A stretch of 64,000 nt of DNA, taken from Chloroflexota bacterium. Its GTDB lineage: Bacteria > Chloroflexota > Dehalococcoidia > Lucifugimonadales > UBA1127. Within the stretch, counting starts at the first letter, position 1. Every line of letters starts with the position of its first letter. This document shows, in pieces, positions 41,444-50,500 of the stretch. The stretch is from positions 64,340-128,339 of the forward strand of contig JAPONS010000049.1 in assembly GCA_026713825.1 (NCBI GenBank), in the 5' to 3' direction. The translations under genes were made by a program, and so were the position numbers. The notes below the pieces were generated by a model. It made no database searches, was not told the DNA's origin, and saw only the letters and a program-made list of their open reading frames with translations.

Positions 41444-42211
41444 ATGTTGCCAGATTTTTCGGAGTTTTCGTACGGATTCGCATTCACGCACGAATATGTT
41501 AATCGCAATCCAAGCTTAACGAGTGCGCCCGAGTTGCCATCACTAATCAAGGAAGCGGAAACAGGCACTGATTTGAAACTAGGATATGCGGGACATCCCA
41601 AGTATTTTCAGTTCAAACTTTCGGCTTATCTGAATCGAAAAAACGCCATCCATTGGCAGGATCACCTTCGTTCGCACTATCGAGTCCGTATTACTACGCA
41701 TCCTCGGCCTAACCAGCCAGTAGGTACCGACCAGCATTCTCAACTCAAGCGCCTTGCAACGACTGTGGATGATGTCGTTTATGTTGCGCCTAGATTTCAC
41801 AGTTTGAATGACTTCAACCGGTTCTTTCTTCAGGGCAGGATTACGGAAAACAGTTTGTGGGCGCCCGTGAAGGACTTGCCCTGGGTTTTTGACAGCGACG
41901 TTCATTATTTGACTTTCACTAGGAGTCAGACGATACCCCTGTGGCATTCGGAAATAGTCAAGCTGGAAGGAAGCTTCACTTCGGATGAACACTACGAGAG
42001 AACTCGTAACAGAGTTACAATTGATGAGGATTTCTTCAGAACTCTTCACAGTAGGCTGCAAGCCTCACTGCAAGAAAACCAGAGGCAGCTACCAAGCGGT
42101 CGCAATGCCAGTGACAGCGATGACTTTGCGAGTGTATTGAGGGACACTTATCGTCTATTGACCACACAATACGGGCTTCAATTGGTAATCCTTAGGGAAG
42201 AACGCGGGTAA
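41444..42211 (+). CDS. Hypothetical protein (low-GC orphan) with an N-terminal PD-(D/E)xK-like pattern
   Basis: 255 aa. E17...D43-L-K45...Q56-F-K58 (THEY...GTDLKL...YFQFKLS) resembles the E...D...(E/Q)xK nuclease signature. I recognise no other family. Confidence 0.4.
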   Translation: MLPDFSEFSYGFAFTHEYVNRNPSLTSAPELPSLIKEAETGTDLKLGYAGHPKYFQFKLSAYLNRKNAIHWQDHLRSHYRVRITTHPRPNQPVGTDQHSQLKRLATTVDDVVYVAPRFHSLNDFNRFFLQGRITENSLWAPVKDLPWVFDSDVHYLTFTRSQTIPLWHSEIVKLEGSFTSDEHYERTRNRVTIDEDFFRTLHSRLQASLQENQRQLPSGRNASDSDDFASVLRDTYRLLTTQYGLQLVILREERG

Positions 42212-42313
42212 CGAAATCACGATTGGACTGTGTTAGAAGGCCACACAAATTATAGTCGTACTATTTCAACTCTCACTTATTTTTAATTGCCTCTCCTCGC
42301 CTCCCGCCCCCTC

Positions 42314-42322
42314 TGCTATCCT
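42314..42322 (+). promoter_or_regulatory. Extended -10 element TGCTATCCT upstream of selB
   Basis: Lies 27 nt upstream of the ATG at 42349, at the boundary between the low-GC islet and high-GC sequence. Confidence 0.35.
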
Positions 42323-42348
42323 GAACGCACTCTCGCGAAGGATTGCGC

Positions 42349-44229
42349 ATGTACGTCATTGGGACTGCGGGCCACGTTGACCATGGGAAGTCGACGCTGG
42401 TGAAGGCGCTTACAGGCATTGACCCGGACCGGCTCCAGGAGGAGAAGGACCGGGAGATGACCATCGAGCTGGGGTTTGCGTGGTTCACGCTGCCCAGCGG
42501 CCGCGAGATCAGCGTCGTCGACGTGCCGGGGCATGAGCGGTTCATCAAGAACATGCTCGCGGGCGTGGGCGGGATAGACCTCGCGATGCTCATCGTCGCG
42601 GCGGACGAGTCGGTGATGCCGCAGACCCGCGAGCACCTGGCCATCCTCGACCTGCTGCAGGTGAAGCGGGGCATCGTCGTGCTCACGAAGGCGGACACCG
42701 TCGACGAGGAGTGGGCGGACCTCGTGCGCGGCGAGGTCGAGGAGGCGCTGGAGGGCACGACGCTGGAGGGCGCCCCGATGGCGCTCGTCTCGGCCGTCAC
42801 GGGGCAGGGGCTGCCGGAGCTCATGGCGCTCATCGACGCGATGCTGGAGGAGACAGTGCGGCGCGAGGACCTTGGGCGGCCGCGGCTGGCCATCGACCGC
42901 AGCTTCGTCATGCCGGGCTTCGGCACTGTCGTGACGGGGACGTTGCTGGACGGCGCGCTGACGGTGGGGCAGGAGGTCGAGCTGCTGCCGTCTGGGCTGC
43001 GGCGGCGCATCCGCGGGCTGCAGTCGCACCAGCAGCGCATCGAGTCGGTCGGGCCGGGGAACCGGGTCGCCGTGAACCTCGCGAACACGACGCAGGAGGA
43101 GGCGGAGCGCGGGCAGGTGCTGACGCTGCCGGGGTGGCTGCAGCCGACGACGACGGTGGACGTGCAGATACGCATGGCGCCCGGCGCGCCGATGCCCATC
43201 CGGCACAACCTCGGCGTTACCTTCCACGCCGGGACGAGCGAGAGTTTCTCCCGCGTGCGGTTGTTGGACGTGGGCGAGCTGCGGCCGGGGCAGGAGGGCT
43301 GGGCGCAGGTACACCTGACCGACCCGATTCCGCTGGTGAAGGGTGACTACTTTGTGGTGCGTTCGTCCCAGTGGACGCTGGGCGGCGGGCGCGTCGTCGA
43401 CCCGCACCCGGCGCGGCACCGGCGGTTCCAGCTCGGCGTGCTGGAGAAGCTGGAGGTCATGGCCGAGGGCTCGCCGGAGGACCTTGTGCTGAAGGCGCTC
43501 GAGGGCGCGGAGCCGTGCGGGCTCGCGGCGCTGGCGCGGGCGGCAAACCTCGCCGTCGCCGAAACCGCGACGATTGTGGGCGAGCTTGCGGAGGTGGGCG
43601 ACGTGGTAGTGCTGGGCGGCGCGCCGTCGGACTCGGGCGCCGTGCTGATGACGACACCCGGCTGGGCGACCGTTCGCGGGCAGGCGGACGCGGCGGTGCA
43701 GGCCTACCACACGGCGAACCCACTGCGGCCGGGGCTGCCGCGCGAGGAGCTGCGCAACCGGCTGAAGCTCTCGCAGGCCGTGTTCACGCTCGTGCTGCAG
43801 CGGCTGGCCGACGAGGGCGTGCTTGAGGAGACGGGGGCGGTAGTCCGCGCGCCGGGCCACCGCGTCGTGTTGTCCGACGCGCAGGAGGCCGAGGTCGCGA
43901 GGTACGTCGCCGCGCTGGAGCGCGAGCCGTACGCGCCGCCGACGGAGATCGCCATCGACGCGGCGCTCGTGGGTGTGCTGGCGGAGCGCGGCAGCGTGGT
44001 GCGCGTCAACGACTCGATCGTGTTCGCGGCGGGCGCGTACCGGGAGATTGTCGACCGCATCGTGGCGCACCTGCGGGAGCACGGGGCGATCACGGTCGCG
44101 GACGTGCGGGACACCTTCGGGACGTCGCGGAAGTACGCGCTGCCGCTGCTGGAGCACCTCGACCAGCTACACGTCACGCGGCGGCAGGGCGACCAACGCG
44201 TGCTGCTCCGCGACCCGGGGCGGTCGTGA
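42349..44229 (+). CDS. selB: Selenocysteine-specific translation elongation factor SelB
   Basis: [20 protein letters not shown] (G1), DVPGHERF (G3), TKAD (G4), and a ~280-aa C-terminal winged-helix extension. About 627 aa, as for bacterial SelB. An alternative TTG start is at 42343. Confidence 0.9.
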   Translation: MYVIGTAGHVDHGKSTLVKALTGIDPDRLQEEKDREMTIELGFAWFTLPSGREISVVDVPGHERFIKNMLAGVGGIDLAMLIVAADESVMPQTREHLAILDLLQVKRGIVVLTKADTVDEEWADLVRGEVEEALEGTTLEGAPMALVSAVTGQGLPELMALIDAMLEETVRREDLGRPRLAIDRSFVMPGFGTVVTGTLLDGALTVGQEVELLPSGLRRRIRGLQSHQQRIESVGPGNRVAVNLANTTQEEAERGQVLTLPGWLQPTTTVDVQIRMAPGAPMPIRHNLGVTFHAGTSESFSRVRLLDVGELRPGQEGWAQVHLTDPIPLVKGDYFVVRSSQWTLGGGRVVDPHPARHRRFQLGVLEKLEVMAEGSPEDLVLKALEGAEPCGLAALARAANLAVAETATIVGELAEVGDVVVLGGAPSDSGAVLMTTPGWATVRGQADAAVQAYHTANPLRPGLPREELRNRLKLSQAVFTLVLQRLADEGVLEETGAVVRAPGHRVVLSDAQEAEVARYVAALEREPYAPPTEIAIDAALVGVLAERGSVVRVNDSIVFAAGAYREIVDRIVAHLREHGAITVADVRDTFGTSRKYALPLLEHLDQLHVTRRQGDQRVLLRDPGRS

Positions 44230-45047
44230 TGCAGGAGCGCGTCTACGGTGTGGACTTCAGCGGCGGGAAGCAGGCGGGCAACAAGATCTGGATAGCACAG
44301 GCCGTGCCCTACCGCCGGGGAATCGTGGTGGAGGACTGCGCACCAGCGACCGACTTCCTGGGGTGTGCCGCCGACCGCGGTGAGACACTATCGGCCCTGC
44401 GCCGCTTCATCGCCGGAGCGGAAAGCGCGGCGTTCGGCTGCGACTTTCCCTTCAGCCTGCCGAGGGAACTGCTAGCCGCCGAGTCGTGGGCGGAGTTCGT
44501 GGCTGGCTTTGCGAACCGATACAGTACGGAGCACGAGTTCAAGGCGCATTGCCTGGAAACAGCGCTGCAATCATTGGGCCGCAAGGAGCTGAGACGGCAG
44601 ACCGACGTCGAGGCGAGGGCGCCGTTCTGCCCATACAATTTGCGCATCTACAAGCAGACCTACTTCGGCATCAAGGACGTGCTCGGCCCACTGGTGGCCG
44701 ACAACGCCGTCAACATCCCACCCCTGCACTACTCGGAAGACGACGCTCCATGGGTCATGGAGGTGTGCCCGGCAAGCACGCTCAAGGCGTCCGGGCTTTA
44801 CGGGTCCTACAAGGACGCAAGGGGGAGCGTCGACGCTAGAGATGGCATCCTGGAGGCGTTGAAAGGCTCCGGCCGCCTCACATTCGGCAACGGGGACGTC
44901 CGGCAGCGAGTGCTGGAAGACCGGCATGGGGACGCGCTGGACAGCGTGATTGCCGCGGACGCAACGTTTCGCGCGATTGCCGACCCTGAACGCATAGTTC
45001 AGGCACACCGTTTTCCCTACTATCTTGAGGCGTGCATATTTGTGTGA
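44226..45047 (+). CDS. DUF429-like predicted RNase H-fold nuclease
   Basis: N-terminal VYGVDFSGGKQAGNKIWIA and C-terminal GDALDSVIAADATF acidic motifs. The start (GTG 44226 / ATG 44229) overlaps the selB stop TGA (44227-44229). Confidence 0.5.
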   Translation: MMQERVYGVDFSGGKQAGNKIWIAQAVPYRRGIVVEDCAPATDFLGCAADRGETLSALRRFIAGAESAAFGCDFPFSLPRELLAAESWAEFVAGFANRYSTEHEFKAHCLETALQSLGRKELRRQTDVEARAPFCPYNLRIYKQTYFGIKDVLGPLVADNAVNIPPLHYSEDDAPWVMEVCPASTLKASGLYGSYKDARGSVDARDGILEALKGSGRLTFGNGDVRQRVLEDRHGDALDSVIAADATFRAIADPERIVQAHRFPYYLEACIFV

Positions 45048-45082
45048 GCCCGTCCACTCTGCATCCAAGCGGAGGCATTCAC

Positions 45083-46309
45083 ATGGCCCTTGACCTGTAC
45101 CGGACTGCCGCGCAGATCGACGCTGCCGTCGCGATTGCGGACTTTGGCGCGGCGAGGGAGCGGCGGATGGATGCGGCGCTCGCGGCGCTGCGGGATGGCG
45201 ACGCCGCGACGCTGAACGCCCGCGTGGAGGCGGCGCAGGGGTTGCTGGCGTTTTTGCCTGCGGAGGCCGTCGAGCCGCCGGGCGCGGTCTTCGACGCGCC
45301 GGCTGCGCCCTCGGACTTTAGTGTGGTTGCTACTGATGGGTCTCACATTGACGTGAACCGGCACCTGCCGCTGCGGTGCGCGCTCGTCAACATCGGCGGG
45401 TGCAGGCTGACGTACGGCGCGGGCGCCGACGCAGAGCTGTTCAGCCGACCTCGGCTGCGGACGTCGGACGCGGAGCTCTTCTTGCGAGACCCGGACACAC
45501 CCTCGGCGCGGCATGCGGTCGAGGGCGCGCTGATGGGACTGGTGCGCACGGTTGAGGAGGCGGTCGCGCTGGCCGAGGCGGTGGAGGCGGACGACGGCGG
45601 GCTGCCAACGCTCGCGCTGCTGGACGGGACACTGGTGATGTGGGAGCTCGGCGGCGAGCTGCCGCCCCGGGGGCGCTACCCGGACTACGTGCGCGAGCAG
45701 CTCCTCGACGACGGGCTGCTGGCGGCGCTGGAGCGCATCCGCGACGCGAGTGCGCATCGGCAAGTGGCGGTCGCGTCGTACATCAGCCTGCCCAACAGCG
45801 CGGAGGTGGTGAACCTGCTGCGGCTGGGGCTGTGCGACCTCGACCCCGTCGGGCATTGCCAGACGCACTGTCGCGCGCTCGTGCCGGGCACGAGGCGGTG
45901 CGACGCGGCGCACGGGCTGACGGACCGCGAGCTCTTCGAGCGGACGCTGGCGCCGGGGCAGCGCTCGGCGGTGTTCGCGAGCCGCTCGCCCGTTGCGCGC
46001 GACGCCTACGGGTCGAACCGGGTCCACTTCTTCTACGTGAACGTGGAGGAGGAGATCGGCCGCGTCGAGGTTCCGGCGTGGGTGGCGCTCGACCCGGCGT
46101 TGCTGTCGCTGGCGCACGCGCTCGTCGTCGACAACGCCCGGCGCGGGGCGGGGTACCCCGTCGCGCTGCAGGAGGCGCACGAGCAGGCCGTCGTCACGGG
46201 CGCGGACCGGGAAGCCTTCCGAAACATGGTGGAGCGCGCCCTAGAGGAGCGTGGGTTGCCCGTGTACACTTCACAGAAGCAGCGCTCCAAGCGCCGCCCC
46301 TGGGTTTAG
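45083..46309 (+). CDS. nurA: NurA-domain 5'-3' nuclease
   Basis: VVATDGSHIDVNRH (catalytic DGS), LALLDGTLV, and C-terminal GYPVALQEAHEQAVV are NurA hallmarks. GGAGG SD before the ATG at 45083. Confidence 0.7.
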   Translation: MALDLYRTAAQIDAAVAIADFGAARERRMDAALAALRDGDAATLNARVEAAQGLLAFLPAEAVEPPGAVFDAPAAPSDFSVVATDGSHIDVNRHLPLRCALVNIGGCRLTYGAGADAELFSRPRLRTSDAELFLRDPDTPSARHAVEGALMGLVRTVEEAVALAEAVEADDGGLPTLALLDGTLVMWELGGELPPRGRYPDYVREQLLDDGLLAALERIRDASAHRQVAVASYISLPNSAEVVNLLRLGLCDLDPVGHCQTHCRALVPGTRRCDAAHGLTDRELFERTLAPGQRSAVFASRSPVARDAYGSNRVHFFYVNVEEEIGRVEVPAWVALDPALLSLAHALVVDNARRGAGYPVALQEAHEQAVVTGADREAFRNMVERALEERGLPVYTSQKQRSKRRPWV

Positions 46310-46343
46310 GCTCCCCGACCGCAATCACCGACGAGGTACCGCT

Positions 46344-46937
46344 TTGACGACTGTTCCCCATCCTGAGGCTCGCATCGGCGAGGTGGTGGAGGCCGGCTCC
46401 ACCGAGTTCGCTGCCGAGTGCTACACGCTCTACGGCGCGCCGCCGCTGGGCGCGCTGGTGCGCGTCGGCGACCCGGCGGTGTACGGCGTCGTGTACAGCG
46501 TGACGACGGCGGCGCTCGACCCCGGACGGCGTGTGGCGGCACGCGGCGCGGGCGAGCCGGACGAGGCGTCGGTGTACCGTAACAACCCGCAGATTGCGCG
46601 GCTGCTGGCGACGCATTTGCAGGCGCTGGTGGTCGGCCACGACCGCGCGGGAACGCTCGCGCAGCGGCTGCCGGCCGCGCCGCCGCGCATCCACGCCTTC
46701 GTGTACTGCTGCGATGACGCCAACGTGCTCGCCTTCACCGAGCAGCTCGACTACCTGCACTTGCTGACGACGGCCAACGTGCCCGCCATCGACGAGGTCA
46801 TCGCGGCCAACGTGCGGCTCACGGCGGAGGGCCGCGACGACGGGGACGGCTTCCGCGAGCGGGCGGCCCACACCCTCGCGACGGAGCTGGCGAACGACGT
46901 TACGCGGCTGAACGCCATTCTGCGAGGCATCGCATGA
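46344..46937 (+). CDS. Hypothetical protein resembling a stand-alone HerA N-terminal (HAS-barrel) domain
   Basis: TTG start. RIGEVVEAGSTEFAAECYTLYGAPPLGALVRVGDPAVYGVVYSV has the beta-barrel-like pattern found at HerA N-termini. No Walker motifs. The stop overlaps the HerA ATG (ATGA). Confidence 0.45.
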   Translation: MTTVPHPEARIGEVVEAGSTEFAAECYTLYGAPPLGALVRVGDPAVYGVVYSVTTAALDPGRRVAARGAGEPDEASVYRNNPQIARLLATHLQALVVGHDRAGTLAQRLPAAPPRIHAFVYCCDDANVLAFTEQLDYLHLLTTANVPAIDEVIAANVRLTAEGRDDGDGFRERAAHTLATELANDVTRLNAILRGIA

Positions 46938-48721
46938 CGCCGGAAGAGACGCGGCCAGCGGACGTACCCTCTCCCAAAGCCGGTTTCAACGCCGATGGAC
47001 ACATGGAGGAAGGCGCCCTGGATTCCGGCATTCGCCGGAATGAGGGTGTTGGGGTGGCGTCGGGCGCTCTCCTTGGCGCGGTGGTCGGCGGCTCCCTGAC
47101 GGAGGGCGTGGAGGTGCGGCTGGCCGAGGGGGCGTCCGTCGAGGACATCCCCGTCGGCAGTTATGTCGTCATCCAGGGCGAGCGGCGCCGGTTCTTCGGC
47201 ATGGTCAGCGAGGTCAGGCTCGCGTCCACCGACGCCCGCTTGAGGAGCGCGCCCGGCGGGTTCACCGATCCCCTCGTTACGCGGGCACTGTCCGGCACGG
47301 CGGCCTACGGGACGATCACTGTCCGGCCGCGGCTCACGCTGCCCGCCGTCGCCGGCGTGGAGGGCGACATCGCACCCGCGCGCACGGTGCCGTCGCACTT
47401 CTCGCGGGCGACGCGCGCCACGGACGCGGACGTCGCGCAGGTGTTCGGCGCGGAGGGCGGCGGCAACTTCGCCGTGGGCACGCCGCTGGACATGGACGCC
47501 GTGGTCTGCCTGGACCTCAAGACGATGCTGCAACGCTCCAACGGCGTCTTCGGCAAGAGCGGCACCGGCAAGAGTTTTCTGACCAGGCTGCTGCTCATCG
47601 GCGTGCTGCAGAGCCGCCTGTCGGCGCTGCTCATCTTCGACATGCACAACGAGTACGGCTGGGAGGGCGGCGACGTGGAGCGCGGGCGGCGCGTGAAGTC
47701 GCTCAAGCAGCTCTTTCCGTCCGAGGTGTCCGTCTTTGCGCTGGACGAGCAGCGCGCCCGGGGCGCGAAGATACAGCCCGACTTCACCGTCGAGATCGGC
47801 TACGACGAGATCACGCCCGAGGACGTCATGGCCCTCCGCGAGACCCTCGGCGTCTCCGATGCCGCGGCGGAAGCCGCCTTCGCGCTGGGCCGCAAGTTCG
47901 GCGACCGCCGGTGGCTGCGTGAGTTCCTGCGGCTGGAGGGATCGGACGAGATCGGCGAGCTGGCGAACGCCATCAACGTGAACGGCGCGGCCCTTGCGAC
48001 GCTGCACCGCCGCCTGACCAACCGCATCGCGCGGCTGCCCTTCCTGTCGGACGCGGTGGGGGCGGACGCGGTGGCCGCAATCATGGACCACCTCGACCGC
48101 GGGAAGCACGTTGTGCTGGAGTTCGGGCGGTACGGCGACGACGTGATTGCCTACATGCTCGTGGCGAACCTGCTGACGCGGCGCATCCACGACCGCTACC
48201 GGGAGCGGCAGTCGGCGGACGCGGGCGAGGGCCGCGCGACAACGCCGCTCACCATCGTCATAGAGGAGGCGCACCGTTTCCTGAGCCCGGCGGTGGCGGC
48301 GCAATCGCCCTTTGGGGTGATCGCGCGGGAGATGCGCAAGAACAACGTGACCCTGCTGGTCGTCGACCAGCGGCCCAGCGCCATCGACGCCGAGGTGCTG
48401 AGCCAGGTGGGCACGAAGGTGTGCTGCCTGCTGGACGACGAGCGCGACGTGGACGCCGTCATGGCGGGCGCGTCGGGCAGCCGCGAGCTGCGCACCGTGC
48501 TGGCGGGCCTGCGCTCCCGGCAGCAGGCGCTCTTCTTCGGCGAGGCGGTGCCCATCCCCGTCGCGGTGCAGGTGCGCGACTACGGCACGGACACGAGCTA
48601 CGACGCGCTCATACGGCGGCGGCCGCGACGCGAGGCGGCGACCGTTCGCGCCGAGGGAAATCGAGGCGCGGACGCCCCGCCAGCCTCGGAGGATGAGGAC
48701 CACGACCCGCTGTTTGGGTAG
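46934..48721 (+). CDS. herA: HerA/FtsK-superfamily ATPase (DUF87 HerA-like)
   Basis: Own barrel region (VGSYVVIQGERRRFFGMVSEV), Walker A GVFGKSGTGKSFL, Walker B LTIVIEEAHRF. The start is ambiguous (ATG 46934, ATG 47003 or GTG 47054) because a REP unit sits at 47009-47056. Confidence 0.8.
   Translation: MTPEETRPADVPSPKAGFNADGHMEEGALDSGIRRNEGVGVASGALLGAVVGGSLTEGVEVRLAEGASVEDIPVGSYVVIQGERRRFFGMVSEVRLASTDARLRSAPGGFTDPLVTRALSGTAAYGTITVRPRLTLPAVAGVEGDIAPARTVPSHFSRATRATDADVAQVFGAEGGGNFAVGTPLDMDAVVCLDLKTMLQRSNGVFGKSGTGKSFLTRLLLIGVLQSRLSALLIFDMHNEYGWEGGDVERGRRVKSLKQLFPSEVSVFALDEQRARGAKIQPDFTVEIGYDEITPEDVMALRETLGVSDAAAEAAFALGRKFGDRRWLREFLRLEGSDEIGELANAINVNGAALATLHRRLTNRIARLPFLSDAVGADAVAAIMDHLDRGKHVVLEFGRYGDDVIAYMLVANLLTRRIHDRYRERQSADAGEGRATTPLTIVIEEAHRFLSPAVAAQSPFGVIAREMRKNNVTLLVVDQRPSAIDAEVLSQVGTKVCCLLDDERDVDAVMAGASGSRELRTVLAGLRSRQQALFFGEAVPIPVAVQVRDYGTDTSYDALIRRRPRREAATVRAEGNRGADAPPASEDEDHDPLFG
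47009..47056. repeat. REP-like unit (WIPAFAGMT-type variant) inside the 5' end of the HerA ORF
   Basis: CCCTGGATTCCGGCATTCGCCGGAATGAGGGTG, hairpin TTCCGGC/GCCGGAA, translated as ALDSGIRRNEGV. Confidence 0.7.
48642..48666. repeat. REP-like unit (FDFPQGER-type, inverted orientation) inside the 3' end of the HerA ORF
   Basis: CCGTTCGCGCCGAGGGAAATCGAGG is the reverse complement of the CTTCGATTTCCCTCAGGGCGAACGG family. Confidence 0.6.
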
Positions 48722-48809
48722 GGGATCTTCGCCAAACTCCCTCGCCGGGGTCAGAGGGAATCGAATCAGAAAGACCTGTACTGCAGCAACTTTCATTGAT
48801 ATACTTGTG

Positions 48810-48841
48810 AATGCAATGCATAAAGGAGTAATGTAATGCAT
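48810..48841 (+). promoter_or_regulatory. Putative operator: direct repeat AATG(C/T)AATGCAT x2 upstream of vapBC-2
   Basis: AATGCAATGCAT at 48810-48821 and AATGTAATGCAT at 48830-48841, 20 bp apart, each containing the palindrome ATGCAT. In an AT-rich gap 14 nt before the antitoxin ATG. Confidence 0.45.
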
Positions 48842-48854
48842 TTGAGGGAGTCGC

Positions 48855-49088
48855 ATGATTGAATCCGGGATAACTTCAAGAGGGCAGACCACATTGCCCA
48901 AGGCCGTGCGTGAGGCCCTCTCCGTTCAGTCAGGAGACAGGGTGCGTTACATCATCCAGAACGGTGAAGTCAGGATCGTGCCCGTGCGCCCCATTGGCCG
49001 GCTTTTCGGCGCACTGCGGCATACCGGCGATGCGGTAACCCTCGAGGACATGGAACGCGCGATCATCGATGGGGCCACCGACTCGTGA
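48855..49088 (+). CDS. AbrB/MazE/SpoVT-type antitoxin (VapB-like)
   Basis: ITSRGQTTLPKAVREALSVQSGDRVRYIIQNGEVRIVP is a swapped-hairpin (SpoVT/AbrB) motif. The stop overlaps the toxin start. Confidence 0.8.
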   Translation: MIESGITSRGQTTLPKAVREALSVQSGDRVRYIIQNGEVRIVPVRPIGRLFGALRHTGDAVTLEDMERAIIDGATDS

Positions 49089-49504
49089 TTTCCGTCGACA
49101 CCAACGTCATTGTCCGGTATCTCGTGAACGACGTCGCCGAGCAGGCGCTCGCCGCCCGAACGTTCCTGGAGGGGTTGACCCCCGAACACCCGGCGTTCAT
49201 ATGCCGCGAGGTTGCGATTGAGTTGGTCTGGGTATTGGAGCGGGCCTACGGGTTCAGCCGTGCCCAGATTTCGGACGTTCTTGTCGAGTTGATTGCCACC
49301 GACAGCATCGTGGTCGAGGCTGCGGACGACGTGGCCGGCGCGGCCAGTCGCTATCGCCGCGGAGGCGTGGGATTCGCGGACCTCATGGTCCTCGCGGCGG
49401 CCGAGCGAGCCGGTGCCACTCCGCTTCATACCTTTGACCGTCGGCTCGCGGGGGTGGACGGAGCGATTCTGGTGAACAGCCCGGCAGCGGGCGCTGCTTC
49501 TTGA
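49085..49504 (+). CDS. vapC: PIN-domain toxin VapC
   Basis: ISVDTNVIVRYLVND N-terminus and later FADLMVLAAA motif. 139 aa. Confidence 0.8.
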   Translation: MISVDTNVIVRYLVNDVAEQALAARTFLEGLTPEHPAFICREVAIELVWVLERAYGFSRAQISDVLVELIATDSIVVEAADDVAGAASRYRRGGVGFADLMVLAAAERAGATPLHTFDRRLAGVDGAILVNSPAAGAAS

Positions 49505-49617
49505 ACCCTACCTCGGGCCCTTCGACGAGCACAGGACGCATTCAGAGGGACCGTAGGCGTGCGTCGTAACCACGGAATTGGGGCGCTTCAGGTATACTTG
49601 CGCGTGAGGAGGGAACC

Positions 49618-50451
49618 ATGCCGGAGAGACCACCAAGGTTGGAAGGGAAGGTCGCCGTTGTTACTGGCGGCGGCAGCATTGCCGAGGGCATCGGGAACGG
49701 GAAGGCGACGAGCGTCCTGTTTGCGCGAGAGGGCGCGAAAGTGCTCGTGGTGGACATCATCGAGGAGGCGGCGCAGGACACGGTGAACATGATCGAGGAG
49801 GAGGGCGGCGTGGCGTCGGTCTTCGTCGCGGACGTCACCAACTCGGACGACTGCTACGCCATGTGCCGCGCCGCCGTCGACCGCTACGGACGCCTCGACA
49901 TCCTGGTCAACAACGTCGGCATCTCCTCGCGGGGCGACGTGCTCTCGCTGGACATCGAGGAGTGGGACCAGGTGATGGATGTCAACGTCAAGAGCATCGT
50001 GCTGGCCAGCCGCGCGGCGATTCCGCACATGATCAAGAGTGGGGGCGGCGCCATCACCAACCTGTCGTCCATCGCCGGGCTGCGGGCGCACTCGCCGCTG
50101 GCGTACTCGGTGTCCAAGACGGCCATCATCGGCATCACGCAGACCATGGCGTCCGACCATGGGCGCGACCTCATCCGCGTCAACGCCATCGCGCCGGGGC
50201 AGGTCTACACGCCACGGATGGAGATGCGCATGACGGAGTCGCTGCGGGGCCTCCGCGTGGAGACGGCGCCGCTGGGCACGGAGGGCACCGCGTGGGACAT
50301 CGGCTACGCGAACCTCTACTTGGCGAGCGACGAGGCGCGCTGGGTCACCGGCGTTACCCTGTCCGTCGACGCGGGGCTCGCCGTGACGACACCCGCGACG
50401 CAGAACCGCGAACGCAGCGAGGCCATGGAACGGGCCAAGCAGCAGCAATAA
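49618..50451 (+). CDS. SDR family oxidoreductase
   Basis: VVTGGGSIAEGIG, NNVG, YSVSKTA (YxxxK). Confidence 0.88.
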   Translation: MPERPPRLEGKVAVVTGGGSIAEGIGNGKATSVLFAREGAKVLVVDIIEEAAQDTVNMIEEEGGVASVFVADVTNSDDCYAMCRAAVDRYGRLDILVNNVGISSRGDVLSLDIEEWDQVMDVNVKSIVLASRAAIPHMIKSGGGAITNLSSIAGLRAHSPLAYSVSKTAIIGITQTMASDHGRDLIRVNAIAPGQVYTPRMEMRMTESLRGLRVETAPLGTEGTAWDIGYANLYLASDEARWVTGVTLSVDAGLAVTTPATQNRERSEAMERAKQQQ

Positions 50452-50500
50452 TGACGACACCCCCACACCAACCGGCGGCCCAACGCTCGCGCCGTATATC

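Noticed and set aside
39990-42290. 8-bp direct repeat GAAATCAC near both borders of the low-GC islet, as possible att/target-site duplication.
   Set aside because: It is too short to distinguish from chance, and no recombinase is present. It is noted only as a lead.
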